Assembly: GCA_965216785.1 (NCBI GenBank)
Contig: OZ244197.1
Coordinates: 2,464,001 to 2,528,000, forward strand
Origin: Thermodesulfobacteriota bacterium
Lineage (GTDB): Bacteria > Desulfobacterota_D > UBA1144 > Nemesobacterales > UBA2774
Direction: 5' to 3'
DNA: 64,000 nt
The number at the start of each line of letters is the position of its first letter. Positions within the stretch are counted from its first letter, which is position 1. A model generated the notes under the pieces. It had not been told where the DNA came from. It was given only the letters and a program-made list of their open reading frames with translations, and searched no databases. A program made the position numbers and the translations under genes. This document shows, piece by piece, positions 32,072 to 43,145 of the stretch.

Positions 32072-32123
32072 TTAGGTTATTGAATAAACCTAACAAACTA
32101 CCCTCAAACAAAGGGTATGTCAA
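32072..32123 (-). promoter_or_regulatory. Sigma70 promoter of the thrC-like/sulfur-carrier operon with two dyads
   Basis: Minus strand TTGACA-17-TAGTTT; dyad TACCCT-N7-AGGGTA at 32099-32117 and dyad TTAGGTT-N8-AACCTAA at 32072-32093. Confidence 0.55.
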
Positions 32124-32149
32124 AAAAACGTACACCTTCGATTTACCCT

Positions 32150-32629
32150 TTACCACTCGTCTCTTTTCTCTATTTCCTCTTCTTTTTCGTCTTCATCGAA
32201 TACTACAACTTCAAATTCCCGCGCATGGAGCTCATTGCCGTTTTTCCTGTAAGTTCCACCTACAACCAAGTAATCGCCTTCAGCGATATCCCAAGTGCCG
32301 GGAAGGATAATATTCATATAGTTCCCTTTTGTGTCAATAAGCTTAAATAATGTTGTCAGGTCTTCAGGATCGGCCTCGGTTATTTCAGGAGCTTCTGAGG
32401 GCGCATCACTGTCCTCGATCTGACCTTCCACAATAAGGTCTATTATATAGCCTTCAATCTTAAGTATCGCTCCGTCATACGCTATTGGAGAGAACAGTAC
32501 TTTTGAAATAGGAGCCCTTATGCCCTGAACAGTCTGCCCGGGTATATATTCGGGCTCTTTATTACATCCCGCAGTTATTACTAATAACAGAAGAACTGAG
32601 GACAGCAAAAACATTTTAAATAGATTCAT
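32150..32629 (-). CDS. Hypothetical lipoprotein, possibly OB-fold
   Basis: Signal peptide with lipobox ITAGC; beta-rich pattern GDYLVVGGTY; ATG 32629 preferred. Confidence 0.65.
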   Translation of the reverse strand: MNLFKMFLLSSVLLLLVITAGCNKEPEYIPGQTVQGIRAPISKVLFSPIAYDGAILKIEGYIIDLIVEGQIEDSDAPSEAPEITEADPEDLTTLFKLIDTKGNYMNIILPGTWDIAEGDYLVVGGTYRKNGNELHAREFEVVVFDEDEKEEEIEKRDEW

Positions 32630-32797
32630 GGATTCGCCTTTATATCCCAAAACACGTCCGTCTCGTATGATATTTTTTTCCATACTGGTATATTTTACAT
32701 GCAAAGACTGAATATGCTTAATTTTTTATGGCATAATATCTGTCTTGTTTTTTATATAACCGGATAAATACACTAAAGATAAAGGCGGCGATTGATA

Positions 32798-33613
32798 ATG
32801 GAAACATTTCTAGATAAAGGGCTCGGTATAGCGAGGATCAGGATTCAGGACAGCGACTCAAACTATAACTACATAGCATGGTGTGAGGAGACCCGCGAGT
32901 GCTCGGTTATCGACCCCATAGACCCGATCGTGCTGCTTAACTTCATAAGAGATAATGACCTTATGGTTAAATACGTGATTAACACTCACTGCCACCCGGA
33001 CCATATATCCGGAAACGACGCGATAATTAAAGTAGCCCTAACAAACATCTCAAAAATACTGGTACACCCTGAGGGGCTGGAGCGCGTTTCCCCCAGGAGC
33101 TCGACTATTGACGAGGGTGATATAATAAAAGTAGGAAACCAGGAGATAAAAGTCGTTTACACGCCCGGCCATTGCCCGGAGCACGTAACTCTTTTGGCGG
33201 GCGGATACGCCTTCGTTGGAGACACGCTTTTTCTGTCCGGCTGCGGAAACACTAAATTCAGAGGCGTGACAGAAGAGCTTTTCAACAGCATAGATAAAAA
33301 GCTCAGGACTCTGCCTGATGAAACAAGCATTTTCGTAGGCCATGATTACGCGGAAAAGAATCTGGAGTTCGCGCTCGATATAGAGCCCGGCAACGAAGCC
33401 GCGGAATCTAAGCTCGAGGAAGTAAAATCAGCGAAAACTAAAGGTGAGGAACCTGGGCCTACCACAATAGGAGAAGAAAAGAGCTACAACCCTTTCATGC
33501 GCTACGATGTCCCGGGAGTAGTGGAAGAGCTTAAGAAAAGAAACCCCGATCTCGACCCTAGCCCCGTAGGAGTATTCAAAGAGCTAAGATCACTAAGAGA
33601 CAGCTGGACTTGA
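32798..33613 (+). CDS. gloB: Hydroxyacylglutathione hydrolase (glyoxalase II-like MBL fold)
   Basis: THCHPDH, TPGHC, GDTLF..GCG, GHDY, TIGEEKSYNPFMR. Confidence 0.8.
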   Translation: METFLDKGLGIARIRIQDSDSNYNYIAWCEETRECSVIDPIDPIVLLNFIRDNDLMVKYVINTHCHPDHISGNDAIIKVALTNISKILVHPEGLERVSPRSSTIDEGDIIKVGNQEIKVVYTPGHCPEHVTLLAGGYAFVGDTLFLSGCGNTKFRGVTEELFNSIDKKLRTLPDETSIFVGHDYAEKNLEFALDIEPGNEAAESKLEEVKSAKTKGEEPGPTTIGEEKSYNPFMRYDVPGVVEELKKRNPDLDPSPVGVFKELRSLRDSWT

Positions 33614-33679
33614 TTATGTAAACACCCGGCTTCACCCGGTTATATTTATATAAAATTTCACATAAACCGCTAAAGAAAT

Positions 33680-36600
33680 ATGAAAAAGACAGAAGCTTAT
33701 AAAATTTTAGAGCAGCTGCTCAAGGAGCGCATACTTTTCATGGACGGCGCCATGGGCACCATGATACAGCGCTACAAGCTCGAAGAAGGTGACTTCAGGG
33801 GAGACCGCTTTGTCGAGCACGCGATAGACCTCAAGGGTAATAACGACCTCCTTTGCGTAACAAGGCCTGAGATTATTTCAGAGATTCACCGTAAGTATCT
33901 TGATGCCGGCGCGGATATTATTGAAACGAACACCTTTAACGCGAACAGCATATCACAGGCCGATTATGAGCTTGAAAGCATAGTACGCGAAATAAACATC
34001 AACGCGGCGCGCTTAGCTAAAGAAACGTGTAAAGAATTTATGGAGGATAACCCGGAACGAAAAGCCTTCGTCGCAGGAGCGCTCGGACCTACGACCAGGG
34101 CCGCGTCCATATCGCCTGACGTCAATAACCCGGCCTACAGGTCCGTCACGTTTGAAGACCTAAGAGAGGCCTATTACGAGCAGGCCAAGGCGCTTGTTGA
34201 AGGCGGTGTCGATATTCTTCTGGCAGAGACCACTTTTGATACGCTGAACCTTAAAGCCGCAATATACGCTGTACATACGCTTTTAAGAGAGCTTGACCGG
34301 GACATTCCTTTTATGCTCTCCGTAACCATCACAGACGCCTCGGGAAGGACACTATCGGGCCAGACGGTAGAGGCGTTCTGGAACTCCGTGAGACACGCAA
34401 ATCCCCTTAGCGTAGGCATAAACTGCGCGCTCGGCGCAGAGGACATGCGGCCGTATATAGAAGAGCTTTCTAAGATCGCTGACTGCTACATTAGCTGCTA
34501 CCCGAACGCGGGGCTACCCAACCCTCTCAGTAAGACAGGGTACGACCAGACCCCGGAAGACACCTCGGGGTATTTGGAAGATTTCGCGAAGAGCGGATTC
34601 CTCAACATGGTGGGTGGCTGCTGCGGCACAACACCGGAGCACATAAGCGCTATTGTGAGGAAAGCGGAGAAATTCCCTCCCCGCATAGTCCCGGACACCG
34701 CCCCAGCAATGCGTCTGAGCGGGCTTGAGCCATTAAATATAGTCGGAGACAAAGCCCCATTTATCATGGTGGGAGAGCGCACCAACGTCACAGGCTCACC
34801 CAGATTCGCAAAGCTCGTGAAGGCGGACGATTTTGATTCGGCCCTGAGCGTCGCGAAGCAGCAGGTGGAGAACGGGGCCAATTTGATAGATATAAACTTT
34901 GACGAAGCTCTACTTGACGGCGAGGCCTGCATGGTCCGCTTCCTGAATCTAGTTGCTTCAGAACCCGATATCTCGCGCGTGCCAATAATGATAGACAGCT
35001 CTAAGTTCACGGTGATCGAGGCCGGGCTTCAGTGCATACAAGGAAAGGGAGTCGTCAACTCTATCAGCCTGAAAGAAGGTGAGGAAAAGTTCCTTAGCGA
35101 AGCCAGAAAGGTTGTAAATTACGGAGCTGCGGCTGTGGTGATGGCGTTTGACGAGGAAGGGCAGGCAGCGACAAAGGAAGATAAAGTCAGGATCTGCAAG
35201 CGCGCTTACGACCTGCTTACAAAGGAAGCGGGAATGGACCCTCACGATATTATTTTTGATCCGAACGTCCTGACCGTGGCCACCGGAATTGAGGAGCACA
35301 ATAACTATGCCGTGGATTTCATAGAGGCCGTAAGGGAGATTAAAAAAATCTGTCCCGGAGCCAGAACGAGCGGCGGCGTAAGCAATATTTCTTTCTCATT
35401 CAGAGGAAACAACGTAGTCCGCGAAGCCATGCACAGCGCCTTTCTCTACCATGCTATAGAGGCCGGGCTCGACATGGCGATTGTAAACGCCGGGATGCTG
35501 GAAGTATATGAGAACATAGACAAAGAGCTCCTTGAAAAGGTAGAGGACGTGCTTCTTAACCGAAGAGCTGACGCTACAGACATTTTGATCGATTACGCGG
35601 AGCAGTTTAAGGGCACTGACAAAGAGCGCGAGAAAGAGACCGAGACCTGGAGGGAGGGCACGGTGGAGGAGAGGCTCTCACACTCTCTCGTAAAGGGAAT
35701 AACCGACCATATAGAAGCGGATACTGAAGAGGCGCGCGCAAAGTATGAAAAGCCCCTGGACGTAATAGAAGGCCCCCTTATGGAAGGAATGAAGGTAGTT
35801 GGCGGTTTGTTCGGCGAAGGGAAAATGTTCCTGCCCCAGGTCGTAAAGAGCGCGCGTGTTATGAAAAGGGCGGTGTCGTACCTTGAACCCTTTATGGAGG
35901 CCGAAAAAGCGAAATCAGGCGCAGGCTCGAGCAAAGGGATCTTTGTAATCGCGACCGTAAAGGGCGATGTGCACGATATAGGTAAGAACATCGTATCCGT
36001 AGTGCTCGGGTGCAATAACTACGATGTTATCGATCTTGGCGTAATGGTCGCCTGCGACAATATACTGAAGAAAGCAAACGAGGTCGGCGCAAACGTGATA
36101 GGCCTTAGCGGACTCATCACGCCTTCTCTTGATGAAATGGTTTATAACGCTTCAGAGATGGAGCGGCAGGGCTTTAAAACTCCTCTACTGATCGGCGGGG
36201 CCACGACGAGCAAGGCGCACACGGCAATAAAGATAGCGCCCGAGTATAAAGGAGTCGTAAGCCACGTACAAGACGCGTCGCTCGTTGTAAACGTCTGTAA
36301 CGATCTACTCAACCCCGAAAAATATGAAAAGTTCGCAAAAGAGCAGCGGGAAAAGCACGAAGAGCTTAGAAAGCTACACTTAAAATCGGTAGAGAAAACG
36401 AAATTCTTGACCATTGAAGACGCAAGATCAAGGGGCTTAAAAACAGACTGGAACGACATGGTATTGGACACCCCTTCAAAACTTGGCGTTGAAGTAATTG
36501 AGGATATACCCATAGAGCAAGTGATTCCCTATATAGACTGGTCCCCTTTATTCTGGGTTTGGGAGCTTAAGGGCACGTACCCGAAAATACTTGAGCACAA

Positions 36601-37372
36601 GGAGCGCGGCAAGCAGGCAAAGAGTCTCTTCAACGACGCGCAGAAGCTGCTCAAGAAAATAGTGCTTGAGAAGCGTTTCAGACCAAAAGCCGTAGTAGGT
36701 TTCTGGCCTGCGAACAGCGTAGGGGACGATGTGGAAATATATAGCGACGAATCTCGACAGCAAGTAAGCGAAAGATTCCATTTTCTCCGCCAGCAAAAGG
36801 ACAAAGGGGAGGGCACCTACCTGTCACTTGCGGACTTCGTAGCGCCTAAAGACAGCGGTGTGGCCGATCACATTGGAGGATTCGTCGTAACAGCCGGAGA
36901 AGAAGTAGAGGAGTTTTCTGAAACTTTTAAAGCCGCAGGAGACGACTACACGGCGATTATGGTCCAGGCGCTCGGCGACAGGATAGCAGAAGCGCTCGCG
37001 GAGATGGTGCACAAGAAAGCAAGGGAAAACTGGGGTTACGGAAAGAACGAGAAGCTCACATACGAAGAGCTTATAAAAGAGAAATACAGGGGCATTAGAC
37101 CTGCGCCGGGTTATCCAGCTTCACCCGACCACACGGAGAAAGCTATTCTCTGGGAACTCCTCGATGCTGAGAAGAACATAGGCGCATCGATCACCGAGTC
37201 TTTTGCCATTTACCCGCCAAGCTCTGTGGCAGGGCTTTATTTCTCCCACCCGGAATCAAAATATTTCCATGTGGATAAAATAAACAAAGACCAGGTAGAA
37301 GAGTACGCAAAAAGAAAAGGCATGACAGTAGAGGAAGTGGAGAAATGGCTCATGCCAAATTTGGGATACTGA
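33680..37372 (+). CDS. metH: Cobalamin-dependent methionine synthase
   Basis: [38 protein letters not shown]; all four modules present. Confidence 0.97.
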   Translation: MKKTEAYKILEQLLKERILFMDGAMGTMIQRYKLEEGDFRGDRFVEHAIDLKGNNDLLCVTRPEIISEIHRKYLDAGADIIETNTFNANSISQADYELESIVREININAARLAKETCKEFMEDNPERKAFVAGALGPTTRAASISPDVNNPAYRSVTFEDLREAYYEQAKALVEGGVDILLAETTFDTLNLKAAIYAVHTLLRELDRDIPFMLSVTITDASGRTLSGQTVEAFWNSVRHANPLSVGINCALGAEDMRPYIEELSKIADCYISCYPNAGLPNPLSKTGYDQTPEDTSGYLEDFAKSGFLNMVGGCCGTTPEHISAIVRKAEKFPPRIVPDTAPAMRLSGLEPLNIVGDKAPFIMVGERTNVTGSPRFAKLVKADDFDSALSVAKQQVENGANLIDINFDEALLDGEACMVRFLNLVASEPDISRVPIMIDSSKFTVIEAGLQCIQGKGVVNSISLKEGEEKFLSEARKVVNYGAAAVVMAFDEEGQAATKEDKVRICKRAYDLLTKEAGMDPHDIIFDPNVLTVATGIEEHNNYAVDFIEAVREIKKICPGARTSGGVSNISFSFRGNNVVREAMHSAFLYHAIEAGLDMAIVNAGMLEVYENIDKELLEKVEDVLLNRRADATDILIDYAEQFKGTDKEREKETETWREGTVEERLSHSLVKGITDHIEADTEEARAKYEKPLDVIEGPLMEGMKVVGGLFGEGKMFLPQVVKSARVMKRAVSYLEPFMEAEKAKSGAGSSKGIFVIATVKGDVHDIGKNIVSVVLGCNNYDVIDLGVMVACDNILKKANEVGANVIGLSGLITPSLDEMVYNASEMERQGFKTPLLIGGATTSKAHTAIKIAPEYKGVVSHVQDASLVVNVCNDLLNPEKYEKFAKEQREKHEELRKLHLKSVEKTKFLTIEDARSRGLKTDWNDMVLDTPSKLGVEVIEDIPIEQVIPYIDWSPLFWVWELKGTYPKILEHKERGKQAKSLFNDAQKLLKKIVLEKRFRPKAVVGFWPANSVGDDVEIYSDESRQQVSERFHFLRQQKDKGEGTYLSLADFVAPKDSGVADHIGGFVVTAGEEVEEFSETFKAAGDDYTAIMVQALGDRIAEALAEMVHKKARENWGYGKNEKLTYEELIKEKYRGIRPAPGYPASPDHTEKAILWELLDAEKNIGASITESFAIYPPSSVAGLYFSHPESKYFHVDKINKDQVEEYAKRKGMTVEEVEKWLMPNLGY

Positions 37373-37373
37373 A

Positions 37374-38081
37374 ATGAAAAACGGACAGATAAAGACTATA
37401 TTCTTTGATGCGGCGGACACGCTGTTTTACATCCGCGAGGGTCTTGGAAACACCTACGCGGCCGTGGCCCGTAAGCACGGGGCTGAGAATGCACAGCCTG
37501 AGGAGATTAAAAAAGCTTTCTCTAAGTATTTTGGCTCGGCGCCTCCTCTAGCTTTCGGCAACGCTACCGATGAGGAGAGAAAAGGTCTTGAAAAGGATTA
37601 CTGGAAGTCTATTGTCGAAAGTGTATACAATGAAGTCGGAATGTTCGAGGGGTTCGACAATCATTTCGACGAGCTGTTCGAGGTATTCAGAAGCAAAGCC
37701 TGGGAGCTATTCCCAGAGAGCAAGGAAACACTCGGCGCGCTTAAGGACTCTGGCTTTAAGCTCGGAATAATCTCTAATTTCGACTCAAGAGTATATGACG
37801 TGATGAAGGACCTCGGAATAGAGGATTACTTTGATTTTTTCGTCATATCGAGCGAGGCGGGTTTCGCTAAACCTCATACCGACATATTCCGCATTGCGCT
37901 TGAGAAAGCGGGCTCGGTAGGTGCCGAATCCCTTCACGTAGGCGATAACCTGAACAACGATTTCCACAGCCCGAGAGCGCTCGGCATTAAAGCGTTACTA
38001 TTGGATAGGGAAGGGGAGAATGAATCGATTGGGCGAGGCTATACGATTAAAGACCTTACAGAGATTCATAAACACGTTTAA
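37374..38081 (+). CDS. HAD-IA family hydrolase (REG-2-like)
   Basis: FFDAADTL, ISNFD, KP, HVGDNLNND. Confidence 0.85.
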   Translation: MKNGQIKTIFFDAADTLFYIREGLGNTYAAVARKHGAENAQPEEIKKAFSKYFGSAPPLAFGNATDEERKGLEKDYWKSIVESVYNEVGMFEGFDNHFDELFEVFRSKAWELFPESKETLGALKDSGFKLGIISNFDSRVYDVMKDLGIEDYFDFFVISSEAGFAKPHTDIFRIALEKAGSVGAESLHVGDNLNNDFHSPRALGIKALLLDREGENESIGRGYTIKDLTEIHKHV

Positions 38082-38093
38082 GCTATCTTAGTA

Positions 38094-38300
38094 TTATCTG
38101 CTGCCAAGCTCGGTAATATTAGCGTCAGGGTTCTTTACGAACATCACGAATGCCATTGAAGGCCTTTTTGAGGACTCACTCATTGCGAAATGCACATTTT
38201 CAAGCGCCCAGCCCTTAGACACCCACTCATTTATGACCCTTTCGAGCTCTTCATCGGTAACGGTCGTTACCTCGACTACTTTATAATCTGGATGATTCAT
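38094..38300 (-). CDS. Small DUF4177-like protein
   Basis: YKVVE...LERVINEWVSKGWAL pattern; 4 bp downstream of hemB. Confidence 0.6.
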   Translation of the reverse strand: MNHPDYKVVEVTTVTDEELERVINEWVSKGWALENVHFAMSESSKRPSMAFVMFVKNPDANITELGSR

Positions 38301-38304
38301 ATTG

Positions 38305-39285
38305 TTACTTTGCAGAATTCAGCAGTTTCGCTGCTTCTTTGGCGAAATAAGTAATGATTATATCCGCTCCCGCGCGCTTTATGCTCACGAGCGACTCCAT
38401 CATCACGCGCTCCTCCTCGATCCACCCTAGCTTGCCCGCCGCTTTTACCATAGAGTACTCTCCGCTCACGTTATATGCGGCTATAGGGTGATCAAACTTT
38501 TCCCTGGCGGCTCTTATTACGTCAAGGTACGGCAGAGCGGGCTTGACCATAACAATGTCCGCCCCTTCTTCGATGTCGAGCGCTATTTCCCTTAAAGCCT
38601 CCCTTACGTTAGGGGGGTCCATCTGGTAGCTCCTTCTGTCACCGAACTTGGGCGGCGACTCGGCGGCTTCACGGAACGGCCCGTAAAAGGCAGACGCGTA
38701 CTTTGCCGAGTAGGCCATGATGGGAAGGTTGTCGAATCCTCCCTCGTCCAGCACGTCCCTTATCACCCCAACCCTGCCGTCCATCATGTCTGAGGGAGCA
38801 ACTATGTCCGCCCCCGCCTCGGCGTGTGATAGAGCCATCTTTGCTAGATACTCAATGGTCTCGTCGTTATCCACTTCACCGTCCCTAATAATGCCGCAGT
38901 GGCCGTGGTTTGTGTATTCGCACATACAGACGTCCGTTACAACGATCATATCCGGCACTCTTTTCTTTATCTCACGAAGCGCCTTCTGCACTATGCCTTG
39001 TGCGCTATAGCCCTCAGTGCCCATCTTGTCCTTCTTTTCGGGAATGCCGAAAAGAAGCACCGACTTAACGCCGAGCTTTCTAACTTCCCTCATCTCTTTT
39101 ATGATGTTATCTATCGACTGCTTGAAGATACCGGGCATAGACTTCACCTGTACCTTCTTTTTTTTACCCGGCATGACGAACATGGGGTATATGAAGTCCT
39201 TCACCGAAAGCCTGGTCTCTGACACAAGCTCTCTCAAGTCTGCACTCTTCCTGAGCCTCCTGGGCCTGTACACTGGGAAATACAT
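38305..39285 (-). CDS. hemB: Porphobilinogen synthase (ALA dehydratase)
   Basis: [40 protein letters not shown]. Confidence 0.97.
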   Translation of the reverse strand: MYFPVYRPRRLRKSADLRELVSETRLSVKDFIYPMFVMPGKKKKVQVKSMPGIFKQSIDNIIKEMREVRKLGVKSVLLFGIPEKKDKMGTEGYSAQGIVQKALREIKKRVPDMIVVTDVCMCEYTNHGHCGIIRDGEVDNDETIEYLAKMALSHAEAGADIVAPSDMMDGRVGVIRDVLDEGGFDNLPIMAYSAKYASAFYGPFREAAESPPKFGDRRSYQMDPPNVREALREIALDIEEGADIVMVKPALPYLDVIRAAREKFDHPIAAYNVSGEYSMVKAAGKLGWIEEERVMMESLVSIKRAGADIIITYFAKEAAKLLNSAK

Positions 39286-39517
39286 GAGGGAATAGTTTAA
39301 TTGTAGATTGAAGGCTAAGTCAACTACAGGGAAAGATTAAAGGTGTCGGGATGTTTTGCTTTTGCAGTTGCTTTTTAAGTTTCCCGACATGTATAAATAG
39401 CGTTAAGAAAATGAATTATGGAGACGTTAAAAATCATACTGGGGCCGGGGTGGAGTGTATGATTTAGCCGATAGAATTCATTTTTAGCGTCATTTATGCC
39501 TAGGCGGGTGATTTTTG

Positions 39518-39541
39518 CTTCTTTTGATCATTCAAAAGAAG
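39518..39541. repeat. Perfect hairpin CTTCTTTTGA-TCAT-TCAAAAGAAG
   Basis: 10-bp inverted repeat in the divergent hemB-glnS intergenic region. Confidence 0.6.
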
Positions 39542-39688
39542 AAATACAGATTGTGACTCAATATACCGGGTCCTCATAGTTAAAATTAGCGCACCCTCTA
39601 CAAATCTGTATAATATTCATCTCATAAATCAGCTGGCACAGCTGGCTTTGTCAGCTACAGCAAAAATCAAACCAAAGCAGACGAACAA

Positions 39689-41374
39689 ATGGAAAATGAA
39701 ACGGAGAAAAAGAGCCTCGATTTTATAAGAGCGATTATTGAGGAAGACATAGAGAGCGGAAAGCACGGGGGCAGGGTGGCGACCCGATTTCCACCAGAGC
39801 CGAACGGCTACCTGCACATAGGACACGCAAAGTCTATCTGCCTTAACTTCGGCGCGGCACGTGAGTACGGCGGCACATGCAACCTTCGCTTTGACGACAC
39901 GAACCCGGTAAAAGAAGACACCGAATATGTGGAGTCAATAATCGAGGACGTAAAGTGGCTCGGTTATGACTGGGAGGGCCGTCTTTACTACGCCTCGGAC
40001 TACTTTGGACAGCTCTATGAGTACGCGATAAAGCTCATTGAAAAAGGCAAGGCTTATGTAGATTCGCTTTCAGCCGAGGAAATAAGACAGTACAGGGGCA
40101 CGCTGAGCGAGCCCGGAAAGGAGAGCCCGTACAGGGACAGGAGCCCTGAGGAGAACCTGGAGCTGTTCAGACGTATGAAAGAGGGCGAGTTCGGCGATGG
40201 CGAGCATGTGTTAAGGGCCAAGGTAGATATGAGCTCGGGCAACTTGAATATGCGGGACCCCGTGATGTACAGAATACTAAATGAGGCACACCACAGGACA
40301 GGGGATGAGTGGAATATTTATCCCATGTACGACTTCGCTCACGGGCAGTCGGATTCGATCGAGGAGATCACGCACTCGCTTTGCACGCTCGAGTTCGAAG
40401 ACCACCGCCCGCTCTACGACTGGTTCATAAAGGAGCTTGAGATTTACCCACCGCGCCAGATAGAGTTTGCCAGGCTCAACCTCTCCTACACAGTGCTAAG
40501 TAAGCGCAAGCTCATGCAGCTCGTAGCCGACGGGCACGTCGCGGGGTGGGACGACCCCAGGATGCCGACTATTTCGGGACTCAGAAGAAGAGGGTATACG
40601 CCTTCTTCAATAAGAAACTTTTGTGACAAAATAGGGGTTACAAAACACGACAGCATAATCGACGCAACGCTCCTTGAGCAGAGCGTCAGAGAGGATTTAA
40701 ACAAGACCGCTAGGCGAGTTATGGGAGTTCTTAACCCTCTCAAAATCGTTATTACAAACTACCCCGAGGACACTGAAGAAGAGCTGGACGCCGTTAACAA
40801 CCCCGAGGATGAGAGCATGGGGACAAGAAAAGTACCGTTCTCAAAAGAGTTATATATAGAAAGGGACGACTTTATGGAAGACCCGCCCAAGAAATTTTTC
40901 AGACTGGCTCCCGGCAGGGAAGTCAGACTCCGTTACGCTTATTTCATCACATGTAACGAAGTGATTAAAGATAGTGACGGGCATATCACAGAGCTTCACT
41001 GCACCTACGACCCCGAGACCAGGGGCGGCGACTCGCCCGATGGAAGAAAGGTCAAGGCCACACTCCACTGGGTTTCGGCGCTTCACGCGTATTCTTCGGA
41101 AGTAAGGCTGTACGACCGGCTGTTTACGGACCCCGATCCTGAGCACGATAAAGAAGGCCGCCCGTTTACGGATTTCCTGAACCCGGACTCACTGACGGTT
41201 CTCGGTGACGCAAAGCTTGAGCCCTGCTTAAAGGAGGCCGAGCCCGGAGTTAATTATCAGTTTGAAAGGCTGGGATATTTCACTGCGGACCCCGTAGATT
41301 CAAAACCCGGGAAACCGGTATTCAACAGGACCGCGACGCTTAGAGACACCTGGGCAAAAGCCAGGAAAAAATGA
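39689..41374 (+). CDS. glnS: Glutaminyl-tRNA synthetase
   Basis: [37 protein letters not shown]. Confidence 0.96.
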   Translation: MENETEKKSLDFIRAIIEEDIESGKHGGRVATRFPPEPNGYLHIGHAKSICLNFGAAREYGGTCNLRFDDTNPVKEDTEYVESIIEDVKWLGYDWEGRLYYASDYFGQLYEYAIKLIEKGKAYVDSLSAEEIRQYRGTLSEPGKESPYRDRSPEENLELFRRMKEGEFGDGEHVLRAKVDMSSGNLNMRDPVMYRILNEAHHRTGDEWNIYPMYDFAHGQSDSIEEITHSLCTLEFEDHRPLYDWFIKELEIYPPRQIEFARLNLSYTVLSKRKLMQLVADGHVAGWDDPRMPTISGLRRRGYTPSSIRNFCDKIGVTKHDSIIDATLLEQSVREDLNKTARRVMGVLNPLKIVITNYPEDTEEELDAVNNPEDESMGTRKVPFSKELYIERDDFMEDPPKKFFRLAPGREVRLRYAYFITCNEVIKDSDGHITELHCTYDPETRGGDSPDGRKVKATLHWVSALHAYSSEVRLYDRLFTDPDPEHDKEGRPFTDFLNPDSLTVLGDAKLEPCLKEAEPGVNYQFERLGYFTADPVDSKPGKPVFNRTATLRDTWAKARKK

Positions 41375-41376
41375 TG

Positions 41377-42153
41377 TCAACCCGGGTATTGAAACCCGGA
41401 AGCGTCTAATCTCTGGCCGTCCACATAGATGTTCCCACGCCCGTCCACACCGGCTCTGCCTTTCGCGATAAGCTCATGAACCGCGTATGGGAATATCACC
41501 CACTCACCGTCTTCACGGATCTTGTGGTTCAGTTCTTCTATATTCCGCTCCTTAAACCCTTTAAGCGAAATAGGCGCAGACTGCACGAGCGCGCCGCCGA
41601 ATCTCTCACCCTCTCTCTCAAGGTACACGGTACACCTTATATCCTTCTCCTTTGCCCTAAGCGCTTGGATGGAGGCGTCTATACCGCGCACCAGATAGTC
41701 CTTTGTAATATCCCCCGGATAGAGATTCAGTATTTTGTTTTGGTAGCGGTTAAAAAAACGCTTCCCGAGCCTCCGCCTGAACCCGGCGAGCACTATCAGG
41801 TCAGGCTGGCACACCTGCTCTATGAGCGTAACCACGGCAGCATCGTAGTACTCCCGCGCCTCCTCGTCCTCTGGCCCTTTGTCCATTACGCCGAAAAAGT
41901 TGCTGGAGCTAAGACTTATAACCGGGATTCCGTACTCCTTGGCTTTCTCTGCCCCCTTGCACTTTGGAGCGTTAGTAAAAACGGCGTCGATGCGTCCGTA
42001 TTCTCTTTCCCCGGCATTTCTCCGCCTAAGCTCCTCTTCATGTATAGCAATAAAGTTAGTCCCCGAGCCCGAGAGGAAAACTACGACATTCATCGGAGCA
42101 TTATCAGGCTTGAAAATCAGCTCCGGCTGCAAATTCTCAATTAACTCGTTCAT
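41377..42153 (-). CDS. PurN/formyltransferase-fold protein with altered catalytic residues
   Basis: LSGSGTNF and DLIVLAGF are retained; NIHP is replaced by NLYP and DxGP by FGGA. Confidence 0.75.
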   Translation of the reverse strand: MNELIENLQPELIFKPDNAPMNVVVFLSGSGTNFIAIHEEELRRRNAGEREYGRIDAVFTNAPKCKGAEKAKEYGIPVISLSSSNFFGVMDKGPEDEEAREYYDAAVVTLIEQVCQPDLIVLAGFRRRLGKRFFNRYQNKILNLYPGDITKDYLVRGIDASIQALRAKEKDIRCTVYLEREGERFGGALVQSAPISLKGFKERNIEELNHKIREDGEWVIFPYAVHELIAKGRAGVDGRGNIYVDGQRLDASGFQYPG

Positions 42154-42227
42154 ATAAGTCTCATGTTATATCGAAGTAAAATTTGAATTATTCCTTAAGT
42201 CAGGGAAAGTATATCTACTCTAATATT

Positions 42228-43091
42228 ATGAGCAACTCGGTAAAAAGGGTACTGACAGCGTTGGTCGCGGTGCCGTTCATATATATCATCATCCTGATCG
42301 GCGGACTGCTTTATCTCCTGTTCTTCCTGGCACTTATTCTGGTGGGACAAATGGAATACCGCCAGATTTTGCGCTCAAGGGAAATCCCGTTCGGCGTATC
42401 GGGCACCGTGTTTTCTGTTCTGGTCGCAATCGGAGCCTATTTTGGGTACATGTCCATGAACCTCGTATTTATTGCCTCCGTACTGCTCATACTGATATTT
42501 TCACTTAGGAGAAAAGAGAACGTAGACGCGCTAAGGAAAATGGGCGGGACTCTGTTTGGAGTAGTGTATATCGGTCTTCTGTTCAGCCACGCGGTACTGT
42601 TAAGAGATATCTCGTCGGTAGGGAATATAGATACTTATTCGCTAAATAGCCTTGGTCTCACAGACCCGGGATTCTTCTTCGTCGTGTTCGCCGTAGCATG
42701 CACATTTATTCATGACACCTCGGCCTACTACACTGGGGTGATGACCGGAAAGCATAAGCTCGCTCCCAACATCAGCCCCGGAAAGACCATAGAAGGCACC
42801 ATAGGCGGCGTTGTCGGCTGCATCATCGCAGGCATAGTCGTGAATTTCATCTTCGGCGACCCTCTAAGCTCTGACTGGGCCGTAGGGCTTGCCATTCTCA
42901 TCGCGCTAGCGGCGATTTTCGGCGATCTGGTGGAATCGGCAATCAAAAGGGGCGCCGGAATCAAGGACTCGGGAGACATCGTGCCCGGACACGGCGGGGT
43001 GCTGGACCGCTTCGACAGCCTCATTTTCGTATTCCCCGTAACATACTACTTCGCCCTTATCTTCTACAATTCCCAGGGCGTCGGATTCTGA
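42228..43091 (+). CDS. cdsA: Phosphatidate cytidylyltransferase
   Basis: DTSAYYTG, ISPGKTIEG, GDLVESAIKR..GIKDSG...PGHGGVLDRFDS. Confidence 0.95.
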   Translation: MSNSVKRVLTALVAVPFIYIIILIGGLLYLLFFLALILVGQMEYRQILRSREIPFGVSGTVFSVLVAIGAYFGYMSMNLVFIASVLLILIFSLRRKENVDALRKMGGTLFGVVYIGLLFSHAVLLRDISSVGNIDTYSLNSLGLTDPGFFFVVFAVACTFIHDTSAYYTGVMTGKHKLAPNISPGKTIEGTIGGVVGCIIAGIVVNFIFGDPLSSDWAVGLAILIALAAIFGDLVESAIKRGAGIKDSGDIVPGHGGVLDRFDSLIFVFPVTYYFALIFYNSQGVGF

Positions 43092-43102
43092 TTTACTGAT
43101 CT

Positions 43103-43139
43103 GTCATTTTGGGCGGTCGCTTTGCTCCCTCGCAATGAC
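43103..43139. repeat. REP-like hairpin or bidirectional terminator between convergent genes
   Basis: GTCATT...CTCGCAATGAC imperfect inverted repeat. Confidence 0.45.
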
Positions 43140-43145
43140 TAGCCT

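Noticed and set aside
33614-33679. Cobalamin or SAM riboswitch before metH
   Set aside because: The spacer is only 66 bp, AT-rich and lacks consensus elements
41476-42144. 222-aa plus-strand ORF
   Set aside because: Antisense shadow of the PurN-like gene with no motifs
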